This document shows positions 52,102 through 64,000 of a stretch of 64,000 nucleotides of DNA, piece by piece. Within the stretch, counting starts at the first letter, position 1. Every line of letters begins with the position of its first letter. The stretch comes from Microthyrium microscopicum. Lineage: Eukaryota. Both the position numbers and the translations under genes were made by a program. Under the pieces are notes generated by a model. That model was not told the origin of the DNA. It was given only the letters and a program-made list of their open reading frames with translations, and ran no database searches. The stretch lies in contig MU004230.1 in assembly GCA_010405405.1 (NCBI GenBank), positions 1,584,627 through 1,648,626 of the forward strand, read 5' to 3'.

Positions 52102-53565
52102 ATGGCATCACACAATCGAGTTTTTCATCAATACGTGCCCCAGGAAGGACGCGTTGTGGCTATGAGCCATGCCGATCAACGAGACAAGTCCAGGTTGAGA
52201 CAGCCTAGTTCAGACAGCATGTTCTACGATGCGGTTCCCAATCAACAAGACTCAAGGCCGATAGCCGTGAGGCCTACCAAAACAATATCTTTCGATAACT
52301 GGGATGAGGATGAATACCCAGAAACTCTGTTGAGTGTCAGTCCAGAATCTCCTGGAATGCTCAACGTTCGATTGCCAACGGGTACTAGGCGATCAATGCC
52401 TCACGATCCATTCAATATCGCAAGAGGTAGGAGGCTGAGTCGAAGTCAAAGTGCGCGAAGCGAACCACCATTACCTAGAACGAGAGAGCTGCCAACAATG
52501 CCGAAAAGTCCACAGCATCGCAGTGTCTCGAGGGGCCGTAAACAACAGTCCAATCGGCAATCCGATCCAGGTACAGCAGAGCAGCAGCGTACTAGGAGTG
52601 CTTCAAGGAATCCTCGCCTCAAGAAACTTATGACAGAGAGAGACCTGGATGATATCAATACAGGGCGTAGGTCTGGTGAAATGTCACGCCTCTCAATCAA
52701 GAATACCCCTGTTGAGCTCTACGGTCAACGCACAGGAAGGCCCAAAATCGATTCGGGCACACTACCCCCCCCTTTGCTCCGCCACTCGATAGAAGCAAAA
52801 CACAGGAAGAAAATCAGTGCTGAATCATACCCCTCGCCAGTACATTTGTCCAATTGGACCACATCGCACTATGAAGAAGACATTTGGTCTCGGTCAAGAT
52901 ATCTGGCAGGTGCAATTCAGGTAGAGCCATCTTTTGGGCTTTATGCTATTCCAGTAATGACAGCAATGGATGTTCTGTGCCAATCAGAAACCATCAATGA
53001 TGACCAGGTGATAGACGAGATTGTGGATTTCTTCAAATCCTATGGTTTCGAGCCTGTAGCGAGCGAACTGGACCAATACTGGATGCAGGAACGTGCAGTA
53101 GAGCCCAAGAGAATATCAAAGGCCACTACTACCTCATCTTCACTACCAAAGTCTGTGAAATCGCCAACGGGATTCTCAGATACGTCTTCGGTCACGTCCC
53201 ACTTACACCCGGGTTCAGCGTCCGAAAAGCGCTGGTCTGGCGGCCAACAATCTGCCATTTCGGCTGAAGGCGCAGCGTCGCACAAATCATCATTTGATTC
53301 GCAGCGAAGCACCTCTGTCGATCCAGTCCTTTTGTTGAAGCAAAGTCCTGCACCTTCAGGCTCTGCAGCTTTACCCACTACTTCACCCAAAAGTCCCGGT
53401 GGACAATCCCAGGAAGAAGATGGGTCGCCAGGACCAGGGCCGATGCTTAATCAAAACCTAAAAGTAGGCAAACAGTCGCCAGCGCCGAAGTCGGCGTTGC
53501 CTAGCCTCCAGTCGAGGAGCAAATTCTCTATAAGGAGAATTCTCGCAAATCGAAATTCCAAGTGA
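52102..53565 (+). CDS. Hypothetical Ser/Pro/Arg-rich protein
   Basis: 487-codon ORF, mostly disordered, with one ordered-looking patch (YLAGAIQV...IDEIVDFFKSYGF...LDQYW). Confidence 0.7.
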   Translation: MASHNRVFHQYVPQEGRVVAMSHADQRDKSRLRQPSSDSMFYDAVPNQQDSRPIAVRPTKTISFDNWDEDEYPETLLSVSPESPGMLNVRLPTGTRRSMPHDPFNIARGRRLSRSQSARSEPPLPRTRELPTMPKSPQHRSVSRGRKQQSNRQSDPGTAEQQRTRSASRNPRLKKLMTERDLDDINTGRRSGEMSRLSIKNTPVELYGQRTGRPKIDSGTLPPPLLRHSIEAKHRKKISAESYPSPVHLSNWTTSHYEEDIWSRSRYLAGAIQVEPSFGLYAIPVMTAMDVLCQSETINDDQVIDEIVDFFKSYGFEPVASELDQYWMQERAVEPKRISKATTTSSSLPKSVKSPTGFSDTSSVTSHLHPGSASEKRWSGGQQSAISAEGAASHKSSFDSQRSTSVDPVLLLKQSPAPSGSAALPTTSPKSPGGQSQEEDGSPGPGPMLNQNLKVGKQSPAPKSALPSLQSRSKFSIRRILANRNSK

Positions 53566-54591
53566 ATGGAGATGTAAAGCGAAGGGGGCGCAGTCATGCA
53601 ATGCAGAAATCAGTCAGGAATGCAGACAGTCGTTGGTCGGGCAAGAAACCCAAAAACCGAGAGAGCCTTAGCCTTAACGGGTGGCCGCTTTGAGCTTGGG
53701 TTCGAACGTTGGTGACTTGTTCAATTAAGCGTGGTACGAGGGCTTTTTTCTGGAGCAGTCGGGTGCGCGCTCCATTCAGCCTTGTGGTGCATATATCCGG
53801 TGAGAAGCCGTGGAATGCAAAGTCAACTCGTTGCCTTGTTTGAGCCCACTTTTGGTCCAGTAAGCAAGATTAGGCGACCGACCAGTGAGGGCGCTCCATG
53901 GGCTGACCGGCAGATAGACTCCGAATAAGCAATGAAAAGTCGTGTCACTCGCCAGGAAAGACTGCATGAGCAGGCCTTGAGGCACCAGTAGACTTGCTGG
54001 AGGGTAGATAGTGGTGGATGGAGGAAGAATGCCGCGAACTGGAGTCTTAAGGATCGGCGAAAGAAGATCCAGAGAATGCTCAGAAAGATCAAGGCGACGA
54101 ATCACATCAGGAGTATTACGCCTCCTTACGACCTTTGCACCTTCGACAAATCTGATTTCTGGCAGTCCTGCATCTTTCAACTTGCTTTACTGCTGGCCCC
54201 CGGCTGAGTTTCGCTGGGCTCCATGGCCGACCAGGTTGGTCATTGGCAATCATCGACATGCCACCCGTTCCAAGCTCAAGAGTCCCAAGGTGATGCATTT
54301 ATACCATGCATTTGTTATGCAGTACACCGCTGGCGTCCTCGCATACTCACCACGCAGCCGCCATTCCCCGTTGTTTAACGATCCACTCATGGTCAAGCCT
54401 TAGAAATCTACATATCCAGCCTACTTCCTTAACAATTTTGTGATCGTCGCCACCTCGTCGTCTATTCCTTTCTGCCTCTCTTCTATTTAACTATTAGTAC
54501 TACTAGATAGTACCTATTGGACTGTCTACTCCTACCTACTTTGCTTCATCCTTCGCCCTTATATAGCCTCACTGCCTGCTAACTTCTAACC

Positions 54592-56371
54592 ATGGATTCA
54601 TTATATTCATCTTCTGGTCTACCCATCAATCCCGACCAAGTCAGTTGAACACATCCTATGTTGAAGTATGTGCTTGCTAATCTTAAACAGTTTCTTCATG
54701 GTGTCGGCGGCAGCGCCTTGGATCGCCAGCAAAACCTGTCGACTGATTCAAATCGTTCATTTACACTTGACTGTGAAGAATACTCTCCAACACAGCCAAT
54801 GCAAATGACTGAAAGGTCATATTCACATCCCCAACATTCAAATTGGCTTTACCAAACACCCAGCAATTCGAACACCACCAGCAGCACTCATTCCCCTCTG
54901 AAGACTATCGAGTCTACCACACCTGAATTGAGGATAGGAGTATTCGACCCTGCGGAGTATGTCGCCAGCCTACCTATAGACAACGACCAGACTCTAGGTC
55001 AACTCACGCTTTCAAATCCCTTCGGCACTGACGCCCCATACGCTCCTCACGCAAACACTTTTGGACACTGGGATCAAGAAGCATTCTCAGCAGACATGAG
55101 CCGATCCGCTAGCCTCGCCAGCCACGCAGGAAGCAGTGTCAGTTCATTCCCAACACCCTCCGACATGGTCCGCATGCCTTCTGGCTCTACTCAATTCTCC
55201 TACTTTGGCGATGCCGAGCAACCCCAATTCGGCAGTCTCCCAGACGGCATCACCACTTCTTACCCTTACCGGCCATCCCGCACTTCCTTTTCCTCTCAGT
55301 CCTCTCTTCTATCCCCTCTCTCTGCCACAGGCATGAAGCGCTCCAGCTCCAACTACAGCACCGCCAGCTTCGTCTCCGATTCACCAACCAGTCCCGCCCG
55401 CCTAGCACCACCGCGCAGACAGTCCACCAAGTCCACTCGCTCTATCGCTCCCAAAGCCACGTCCACCATCGAGCTGACCGAAGACCACAACATGGTGCGC
55501 ATAAAGAGCTCCGACGGGACATCTCGCAAAGTCGGCGTTCTCCAACGCCAAAAAGCACCACCCATGGCCGCTCGCCAAGTGCCAAATAAACTCCTTTGCA
55601 CAGAATGCAACGAGCATCCAGGTGGTTTTCGCGGAGAGCACGAATTGACGCGCCACACAAACTTGCGCCATGCGACGAAACGCAAGATGTGGAAGTGCGT
55701 AGACAATCGGCCCCGTGATAGCAGATTTGCGATGCCACAGATCGCGTTGATCAAGTGCCGAAATTGCCAAGAAAAGAAGCTTTATGGGGCGTACTACAAT
55801 GCAGCTGCACAGTAAGTGTGACAGAAAATACCTATCACATAACCTATACTAACGATCATCTAGTCTTCGCCGCGTGCACTTCAATCCCAAGCCCAAAGGC
55901 CGCGGACGCAAAAACGGCAGCGAGAAACGCGGTGGTAAAGCCGGTGGCAACAAACCGCCCATGGACGAGCTCAAAACTTACTGGATGTGTGAAGTCGAAG
56001 TGAATGATAAAGCTGCCGGAGCCAGCAAATCAGCCGACGAAGAAGACTCCGAATCCACCTCGGAAGAGGACGAAGAATATCAGGACGAAGAGCCGCATGA
56101 GCCACAGCGACAAGCGATGAGCAACGCCGCAGGACTCCAACATGGTATCCAGCAATTTGAGAGTCTAATGTCGCAAAACTCAGGAGCCTCAACAGCCTCA
56201 GCAAACGGGGGCTGGTCAAACAGTTTCGGTGCTGACAACAGTACATGGCAAGAACATGGCGAGCCTATGGGCTTAGCGGTACCGCGATTTAATGTGCCGA
56301 TGGAATCTTACAATGGTGGGGATGGAGCGTACATGCCGCAGCAGCCAGAAATGCAAACCCACTGGAGGTAG
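54592..56371 (+). CDS. Fungal C2H2-like zinc-finger protein (KLAP1/DUF7896-like putative transcription factor); 3 exons
   Basis: CTECNEHPGGFRGEHELTRH...KMWKC, KCRNC..KKLYGAYYNAAAH|LRRVHFNPK and EKRGGKAGG..PPMDELK.YWM; introns ~54640-54690 and 55812-55863. Confidence 0.8.
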
Positions 56372-56845
56372 TAAGGCGAGCATGACACGCTTTATGCTGG
56401 GTTCGTAAGATTTCGGATTTCTTTCACGGTTGTTTCGTCTTTGTTTACTCATATTTGCATTGCAGCATGGCGCTGGTGGCAACGTTCACGGATTTTATGT
56501 AGTATCACGACTGCATGAACATTATACAATGGAAATTTATTAGATATAACGATAGTCTTGCGACAACAACGCGCATACATATGAGAGAATTATGAACACT
56601 TTTTATTCCTAACTAACTCCTCAATGATTTGTGCAATTGACTATGAACGTTTCGTCCTCGGTCCGGTAAGCGTTTAGTTACACGACTTGCACATGCAATG
56701 ATAGCAGTTGTAGGTTAGCAAGGTTTACTTCATTACTCTGACATTTGCAAGGTCAACTATCGTTACCCAAAGCCTAATCATCTGCCCATTACGATTGCCC
56801 AACTACCATTTCAAGCCCAATACCCAACAAGAACCCAAAGTTTTC

Positions 56846-59800
56846 TCACCACTCCGCCCCAGGACCAGCATCCTCTTCAGTCTCTGTCTCCACAAACGCG
56901 GGCCGGAAATCTACTCCCTCCGTTTTCTCCATAATAGCAATCTTATATCGCCGGTCTGTGATCCATGTAGCATCATCGCTTGGCTGACGATATGTGTTGG
57001 CAGGTATGGCGCCAGTCATCATATATTCGTCTTCGCCCTCCATATACTTGCCTCCGAAGGGAACATGGCCGGCTCCTTCTACAAATCGATCTTCGACTGG
57101 CTGGCGGCGAGAAGATGAATGAGGCGCGATGTCATGAGGCTGAGAACGATGTGATGAGTGGTGTGAGGAGGCAGTCTGTCGACTATCCCTAGAATGATCT
57201 CGCGAACGAGGCAAAGACTTATCTCGAGATCTTTCCTCCCATCCTACATGAAGGCTGGAAGGGTGGTGAGAATGCTGCTCATGCTTATCCAACTCCCAAG
57301 TACCATTGTCACGAGGGTATGCACCAGGCACGGCATCATCATCAACAACAATGATCGATTCTGAGCCATAAGAGTAGGCCTGAGTTCGAGCCGGTGGATT
57401 AAAGTTGAGAGCGGAGACAGGAGGAGTGGGACGTGATCGGCTAGTCTCATGATGATAATCATTATAACTTAAGGTTCGAGCAGCCGGAAGGCGATATACT
57501 TGTTCACGATGACGGCTTGTGGTTGTAGAGTCACTACTGTCGGTCGAGAGTGTTGAAGCAGTTGTAACGGATGATTGGTGATTATGTGAGTTGCGACTTT
57601 TTGCTGACTCTGGGTATATGGTTTTAGTATCGTCCAATTGGTCTTTCGTGTCCCACTCTGCATCAGGAATCTGGTCATTCTTCTTAGGTTGACCAGTTTC
57701 CTAGGCCCAATCATCTCTAACTGAGTGACCAGATCTAGCAGAGGCCGGTTTGGTGATTTTTGTGGATTTGACACCCCATTCTGATCCGGGCGAGGCTTGA
57801 GGTGCCGATGGCCATGCCCAGTCCGTCCTGTCTGTGGCTTCAGGCGGTGGGGATGGTTTTCTAGGTCGAGAGACATGTCGGACACCCGGAATGGGCATCG
57901 AGTCCTCTGATGCTACCGAGCGAATCGAGGCTTTTGAAGTCCAAGTGTCTTTCGGAGCTGGAGCTCGGCTCGTTGCCACTGACTTCTGCGAGGTCGAGCC
58001 GCTATGCTTTTCTTGCAGCGAAGAGTCCTTTTGTCGTTTCGCTGTGTGAGATTGTCGTTCATCCCAGGATGCGTTATCCGCTTGCTTCTTCTCAATATAA
58101 ACATGATGAGCACCTGAGGTGATTCGTTTGCGAACTGGCTCACCCCAGCTATTGTCACTACCTCCATGGATTGATTCCTCAAGGCGAGGAGAGTCAGGAT
58201 TGGATGCTTTACCTGGCTGACCCCAACTATCAACACTAACGTTTTTTTGATCTTCTTCAACTGTGGGAAGACTTTTACGTAGAAGACGCTGAGATTTGAC
58301 CCATAAGTGACTTCGGCGTGAACCAACGTCAGATTCGTTATCTCGCTCGCGTGTGATGATGATGCGGCGCGATCGGTGTCTCCGTTCTTCTTTTGAAGTC
58401 GTATCAGCAGCATGCTCAGAGGTTTCCTCATGGTCTGTGTCATCGTGGTCGTCTTTGTGGCTTTTGACAGGTTTCTGATGTTCATCGCTCTTCTCACTTT
58501 TCTGCTGTTGGGTGTCTTTCTTTTGCTTTGTAACTTCCTTCTTTGCTCCCTTCGTCTTTTGCTCTTGATCGCCTTTCTTGTCAGCCTTATGCTGCTTAGT
58601 CTTGGGCTTCTTAAGTTCCTCGAACTCAGACCATGACTCTTCTTCCAGCGAATACGCTTGGTCCTTGGGTGTTGACTCCACTTTCTTGCCTTGCTTTCCC
58701 GACTCTGATTTTTCCTTTATCTGCTTAGGTTCCTCGACTTCAGATCCAGAGTCCTTTTCTGCATTTTCTTGATCCTTGGGTTTAGACTCCACTTTCTTGC
58801 TTTGCTTTCCAGGCTTCACTTTCTTCTTGTGCTGCTTAGATATTTCGACTTCGGATTTGGTGTCTTCTTCTGCTGAATCTTTTTGGCCCTTAGATTTAAA
58901 GTCCACCTTTTTGTCGTTTTCCTTTGGCTTTGATTTCTTTTTGGTTTGTTTCTTAGGAGGCGGCGCATGCGAGCCATCGCTAGAGGCCTCATCATCGGTG
59001 TAGATGATGCGAGTCTCTCTCAGTTTCTTTTCCACCTTAATACGCTCGCAGCGAGAACAATCCACATCAACAACCTTTCGACCTGGAATTAGAGGGTGAT
59101 CTTTATGATAGCCAGAGGAACGAGGAGCTTTGCATGTTGCGCACTTATGCCAAGGTCCTGTCGGAGCCTCTTCTTCAGGCTCATCATCTTTAAGCTCAGT
59201 GATTTGAGCTTGAGGAATCTTAGGAGGTGGAAGTCCGGTTCGGCTGAAGTCTTGTTGATAACCATTTGGTGGCGGGTAGATATTTGGTGGTGCGTATCCG
59301 CCTGGTGGTGGATAACCATATGTATTTTGTTGATAAGGATTCTGATCATATCGTTGATAGCCAGCAGGAGGAGGAGGGGGAAGACCTGGCAGATTCTGCT
59401 GACCAAAACCTATCTTATGTTAGCTTGGTCATTGAAAGTGGTACCAATCAATGCTACGGCATTTGTTCCTCACATCCCGCAATCGAAAACATGAACCAAT
59501 TCGAACGGAGGAGACTTACCAGAATAGTATGGTGGAAGCTGACCCGTGCTGTTGTAAAGCGCGGCATCTTCCATAGACAGTACGGCTGGAACTGGGGCGC
59601 TCGTCATCTTTGCCTTCGCAGTCTCTTTCTTCCCTTGACTTTTCGCTTTTTCTACAATTACGGGCTGCGGGGCTGTCACGATGGTCGATTGCGCACCAGC
59701 TAGTGGTGTCGGACCCGTGATAGGACCTCCTGGTTGAATGCTGTATGCTGGAGCAGCAACACTATATTCGCTCTGTAGAGGTACCGGGCTCAATTTTCGA

Positions 59801-60114
59801 GCGCTCTTGCGAACCCAAGCGTTGCGCTGGAGTCCTTCGTGACGGACACCTTGTCGAAGCGCGAGGTTGTCAAGACTCAGGCCTGGGATAACAGCTTCCG
59901 CGAGACTGTCGAACAGCGATGGTTGGATCTTTCGGCGAAGGGTGATGTTGACGATTTGCTCGGGGCCGTCCTTGGTTGGTTTGCTCTGAACGATAAAGTG
60001 CTTGGGAACTGTTGTGTGAGGCTGGTTTGGCGCGGTGTAGGGTACAACTTGCTGGTTCGTGTTGACTGGTACAGGATCTTCTGGAGGCCAGACACGGACT
60101 TTCTTGAACTTCAT
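56846..60114 (-). CDS. Large low-complexity hypothetical protein with a CxxC-RS-YH-HP-CxRC motif, interrupted by one in-frame TAG at 57701-57703
   Basis: Exon 1 60114-59520, intron ~59519-59410 (GTAAGT..GCTAAC..TAG), exon 2 includes CATCKAPRSSGYHKDHP...CSRC and runs to TAG 57701; the same frame then stays open for ~285 more codons to 56846. Confidence 0.65.
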
Positions 60115-60786
60115 CACAACCTGAAGATGATTATAGATGTGATGAAGGAGCTGTCAGAGGACAGCAGTGTGGGAGGAAAGAATGTTCAAGGAGCGATGCG
60201 GAGAGACTGCCGTCGATGCCAGAAGATATGAGGAGGAGCGATTGAGGTGAGTTGATGGGTGCAGAGATGAAAGCTGTTCCAGGCACAACAACAGGCGTAG
60301 ATAGAGCGGTAAATAGGCTGAAGGGTAATGCTCAGGCGAGGAGTTTGTTGTTTTTGTTGACTTGCTGTATCTAAGGAGCTGAGGTAGGTAGTCCAGCACT
60401 GAGTATTCCAGAGGCAAGAGCAACCCGCACGCTCCTGCCATGAATTGACCAAGGAGGAAGGCACGAGGCTCCTACCGACCCCTTAGCTCAAAATCTCCCA
60501 ATTCAACTTCCATGCTCTTGAAGTCTACCAGTTAGGTAGGAATTAGTATATCAGAAGAGAAACAAACAGACAGACAGGAAAAGGCATTGATTTAGACCCA
60601 CTGCTTTTATCGCAACGAGTACATCTACAACCCAACCCAAGTTCACACGAGAAAAACGCCTCATAGCCCTTCCATGCCACAAGCTTCATTTACAATGCAT
60701 ATTTTACACATTTTTTAAACCCAAGCTCCTGTGCTTGATAGCATATCAAAATAAATTCCGTACTCCCAAGTGCTACAAACCATCAT

Positions 60787-63262
60787 CTACTCCGCACGTA
60801 GCACACGAGCACCCCGACGCTTGGGCGTCTTCTTCTTCTTGTGGCCCTTTTCAAACGCAACGGCTGCGCCATGGTCACGGCCGAGGTTATCGAGAGGCTT
60901 GACTTTATAAATGCGAATAATCCAGTTTTCACTGGTAAATGCCTCTTCAATGGTGGACAATTGAGGGCTCTCTGATGGCAGACGGACTCCACGTACTCTA
61001 TCTGTGGGTTGACCGCCTGGGAATAGCTCGTTGTACTTGTAGTATGACATCTTGTACCTATATTGCGTTAGATCTACGAATTAAGACTTTAGTGCCTAAC
61101 TTACATTAAGCTGTTTTTCATGGTTGGTGTTGCCTCATCGTCGACACGATACTCGCCTCGGGCGGTAAAGAAGTCTCGCTCTTTGACTTCCTTTGGCCAA
61201 ATACCTTCGGCGATACGGATCATCCAAAGGAACTTGTTGATATCATCACCAGAGTAGCCTAGAAGACCACCGTAGACAACAAGAACATAGTCAACCTCAT
61301 GTTGGCGCATGATTGGGTAGCTGACTTCTTCGCGAGAAGCCATTGCCTTTCCGACGGTCGCAATATGAGTGTTGTTCCAAGTATTGTTGTCAACGAGAGT
61401 TGGTCGGTCAGCCATACCACCAATCTGGTAACCATAATCCCACCATGACATAACTTTAGCGTTTTGTGCAGTGTTCTGTCGGAGCCAGTAGTATGCCTCA
61501 CGGTAGTCATCAATAATATGTTGAGAGCCATCTGGCCCACGGCTGGCAAGAACCACGGATGGGGAAGAGTAGGCGTTAGATGTGACCCAGGTGCAGTGAG
61601 CAACGAAGATGAGTAGATATAGCGTGCTGGAGCCAACAATGGTTAACTTGGAGAAGAATGAGTAAATTCCAATGAAAGGAGTGCGAGTAGATCGAAGGCC
61701 TTCTGGTAGGAAAGACGTAGGGTCGTGTGAAGCCGACTTTGTGGGTGCGTCGTTGTTTTCGATCAGCTTGGGATCTGGAGTTGGGGTGTCCGCGCTTAGG
61801 TAGACATCCAGAATAGTCGACAGAGCCATAGCCGCTGCTACACAGACAATTGGTGTAAGAGTAAGCATCAGACGAACCATGACGCCTGCGAAGTAGCTTG
61901 CAAGGACAGCATAGATGACAATGAAAACATGCTCATCCTCAAGAGTCTTGAAGCATAGGTAGACACCAGCTGGGAATAGCCACATGAGCATGTTCAAGTC
62001 AAAGAAGAAAGCTGGCCAAGCAGTAGGTTGATGTTCTGAGACTGATGCAATGATTGGAATATGAATCTTTGCATATCCAGTGTCCCAAAGTGAGTAGAAA
62101 CGACCGGTCCAGGGGGCAATGACGCCAGATACGGTCAAAAGGACCAGTCCACCAAAGGCAACAACGAATATGATGAAGACGAGAGATTTAAGGAGGGTCT
62201 GGAACTGGCGGCTGGGAAGCTGGTTTCGGAAGAACTCTACACCTCCGACGAGCTGTAGCAGTCCGAAGACACCTATAACAGTCAGCCTCAAGTTACATGA
62301 TGTAAGATTCTCAACATACCAAGAGCAGCCATGTGTTCGCTACTGCGAATAGGCAAGAACCCAACAAATGGAATTTGCATACTGGCTAGCGTTCCGAGCG
62401 CAAACCAAGTCGTATAGCTGACATACAACCGGGGGCTATATCTGCCCATACAGATCAAGACGAATGCATGAAGGGGAAGCAAGTTGGTGATGAAGACGTA
62501 TCCACCCCAGGCTGACACCATGTATCCGTAGAACAATGCTGTTAGTGCTCCCCACATAGCTGATCCCTCCTTCAATGACTTGATCCAGAGGTAGAATGTA
62601 AAGACCAGGAGGAAAATAGCAATGGCCTCATTGTCATAAGATCCAGCGACCGAACGAGAAATGTAGCCTGGGGCAATACCCATGAAGCAAGCGGCGAGGA
62701 GACCAGCAGAAGGCGATGGGGTCATTTCAGCTGTGAAGAGATATGTCGCGAACGCAGTGAGACCAGAGAAGGCTGGCGCAAGGAGTACGCAAATGTTTCG
62801 AATGTCAACGGGGAAGGTGAGGAATCGTAGAATGTGGTAAATGACACCGCTCGTCACCATGAGACCTGGGTAGAGGGTACCGCCTGTAACACGACCTAGA
62901 GGATGCCATGTTCCTATAGTATCACCGTTAGAGCTATCACAAGTGTGCGCGACGTGGAATACTAACGGTCATCAAACCAGTCCCAAAAGGAGTAGAAGCC
63001 ATTCTCAACGAGATATTTTGTCGCTCTGAAATTGAACCACGGATCAACTAGATGGGATTAGCGCCTGTTCAAGGTATGTGATCGTTTCGCCAGCTAATTG
63101 TCACATACATTCGTGTATTATACTCTCAAACCGAATTACTGAGAATAGTCGACTTGATATAGCGGCCGCCGCAATGAAGATGAGAATGATCACTCGCAGG
63201 AGTGAACGTGTGCTTCGGCCGCTTTCTCCTTTGAGAAATACTTCCTGGGCCTGAGAGGCCAT
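60787..63262 (-). CDS. STT3: Oligosaccharyltransferase catalytic subunit STT3 (5 exons)
   Basis: [71 protein letters not shown] and [10 protein letters not shown]. Confidence 0.97.
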
Positions 63263-63738
63263 GGCCGATTGATGAAAATCGTAAAGGAGGGACGGGGTGG
63301 GTGGAATAGAATTGGTGACAGTCTTGGTGTTTCTCAACAAAGTTTCCCAAAGAACACGACGACAGTTATTCAGGAGCTTGACACTAGCGTAGCTTCCGCC
63401 AAGACTTTGGAGCTGAGTGGTTGGCCAATCGGAGAAAATGCGGGAAGGGTTTCAGCCTTTTCTCAGCCTTTTCTCAGCCTTGCTCAATGGCCGTCAGTCG
63501 CGGAACAAACAAATAGTATTCACGGAGCAAGACATGGAGACGACACTTGAGCCGAATAAATTATATTTTCAAATCGTGTCACTTCAAGTCGTTGATCAAA
63601 AGTCCGAGAAACGGCCACTTTTAGCTAAATGCTCACCTTGAACGCCACGAAAATGTAGAAAAGACGCTTAAGTGCATGCTCTTCATGCAATACAATGCTC
63701 CAAATGCTATTGATCGAATCAAACCCGCTTCAAGTTGC

Positions 63739-64000
63739 TTACTTCACTGCTTCAGTAGGACACTGCTCGCATAAATCGTGATCACAATTTGTGCAGCGAT
63801 TACCGGAAATCTGTGCAAGACTTATCTGTTGGCACTCGCACTGTAATGAAATCAGTACATCATCATGTTGAAATACTGGGGCAAAACTTACACAATGAGT
63901 CACGAAGTTCTCCGCTGACTGAATATGTCGAGACCGCTTCTCTCCTGGCGTATCATAATCATCGCCCATGGAGGAAGCACCACGCTTACGAGGAGCCGGC
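63739..64000 (-). CDS. C-terminal fragment of a protein ending in a Cys-rich putative zinc-binding motif
   Basis: Frame open to the window edge; after removing a GTAAGT..ACAG intron it reads FVTHC|CECQQ...RCTNCDHDLCEQCPTEAVK*. Confidence 0.55.
   Translation of the reverse strand, partial: PAPRKRGASSMGDDYDTPGEKRSRHIQSAENFVTHCVSFAPVFQHDDVLISLQCECQQISLAQISGNRCTNCDHDLCEQCPTEAVK

Noticed and set aside
63452..63482. Short tandem repeat of tcagccttttc near a CCAAT in the STT3 promoter
   Set aside because: Under three copies; no evidence of function, and not CRISPR-like.

Overview
Eukaryotic DNA from a filamentous ascomycete (short GT-AG introns with CTRAC branch sites; heavy repeat-induced point mutation, RIP). 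About 19 intact or partial intron-containing protein genes: cysteine synthase, NDUFAF7-type methyltransferase, LSD1/Aof2, dynamitin, Cmc2, prefoldin 2, HapC/NF-YB, secreted SGNH hydrolase, Pho89-type phosphate symporter, bZIP/DUF3425, alpha/beta hydrolase, DUF1996, AlkB, aldo-keto reductase, a zinc-finger protein, STT3 and several hypotheticals, plus a 2OG-Fe(II) oxygenase pseudogene. Two AT-rich RIP-destroyed blocks were decoded by hand. (1) A 2.84-kb pogo/Fot1-like DNA transposon (20185-23026) with 73-bp TIRs and a TA target duplication. (2) A 16.9-kb block (30525-47436) that is a ~9.8-kb chromodomain Ty3/gypsy element (140-bp LTRs, GACGG TSD) split inside its integrase by a 7.1-kb Tad-like LINE (14-bp TSD); the LINE has an unusually long 3' region that seems to carry an antisense, intron-containing Cys-rich gene. 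The best lead is a ~1050-codon gene (60114-56846) interrupted by a single in-frame TAG where Trp is expected, a candidate for A-to-I stop-codon restoration or readthrough. Exon boundaries and de-RIP translations were read manually and are approximate.
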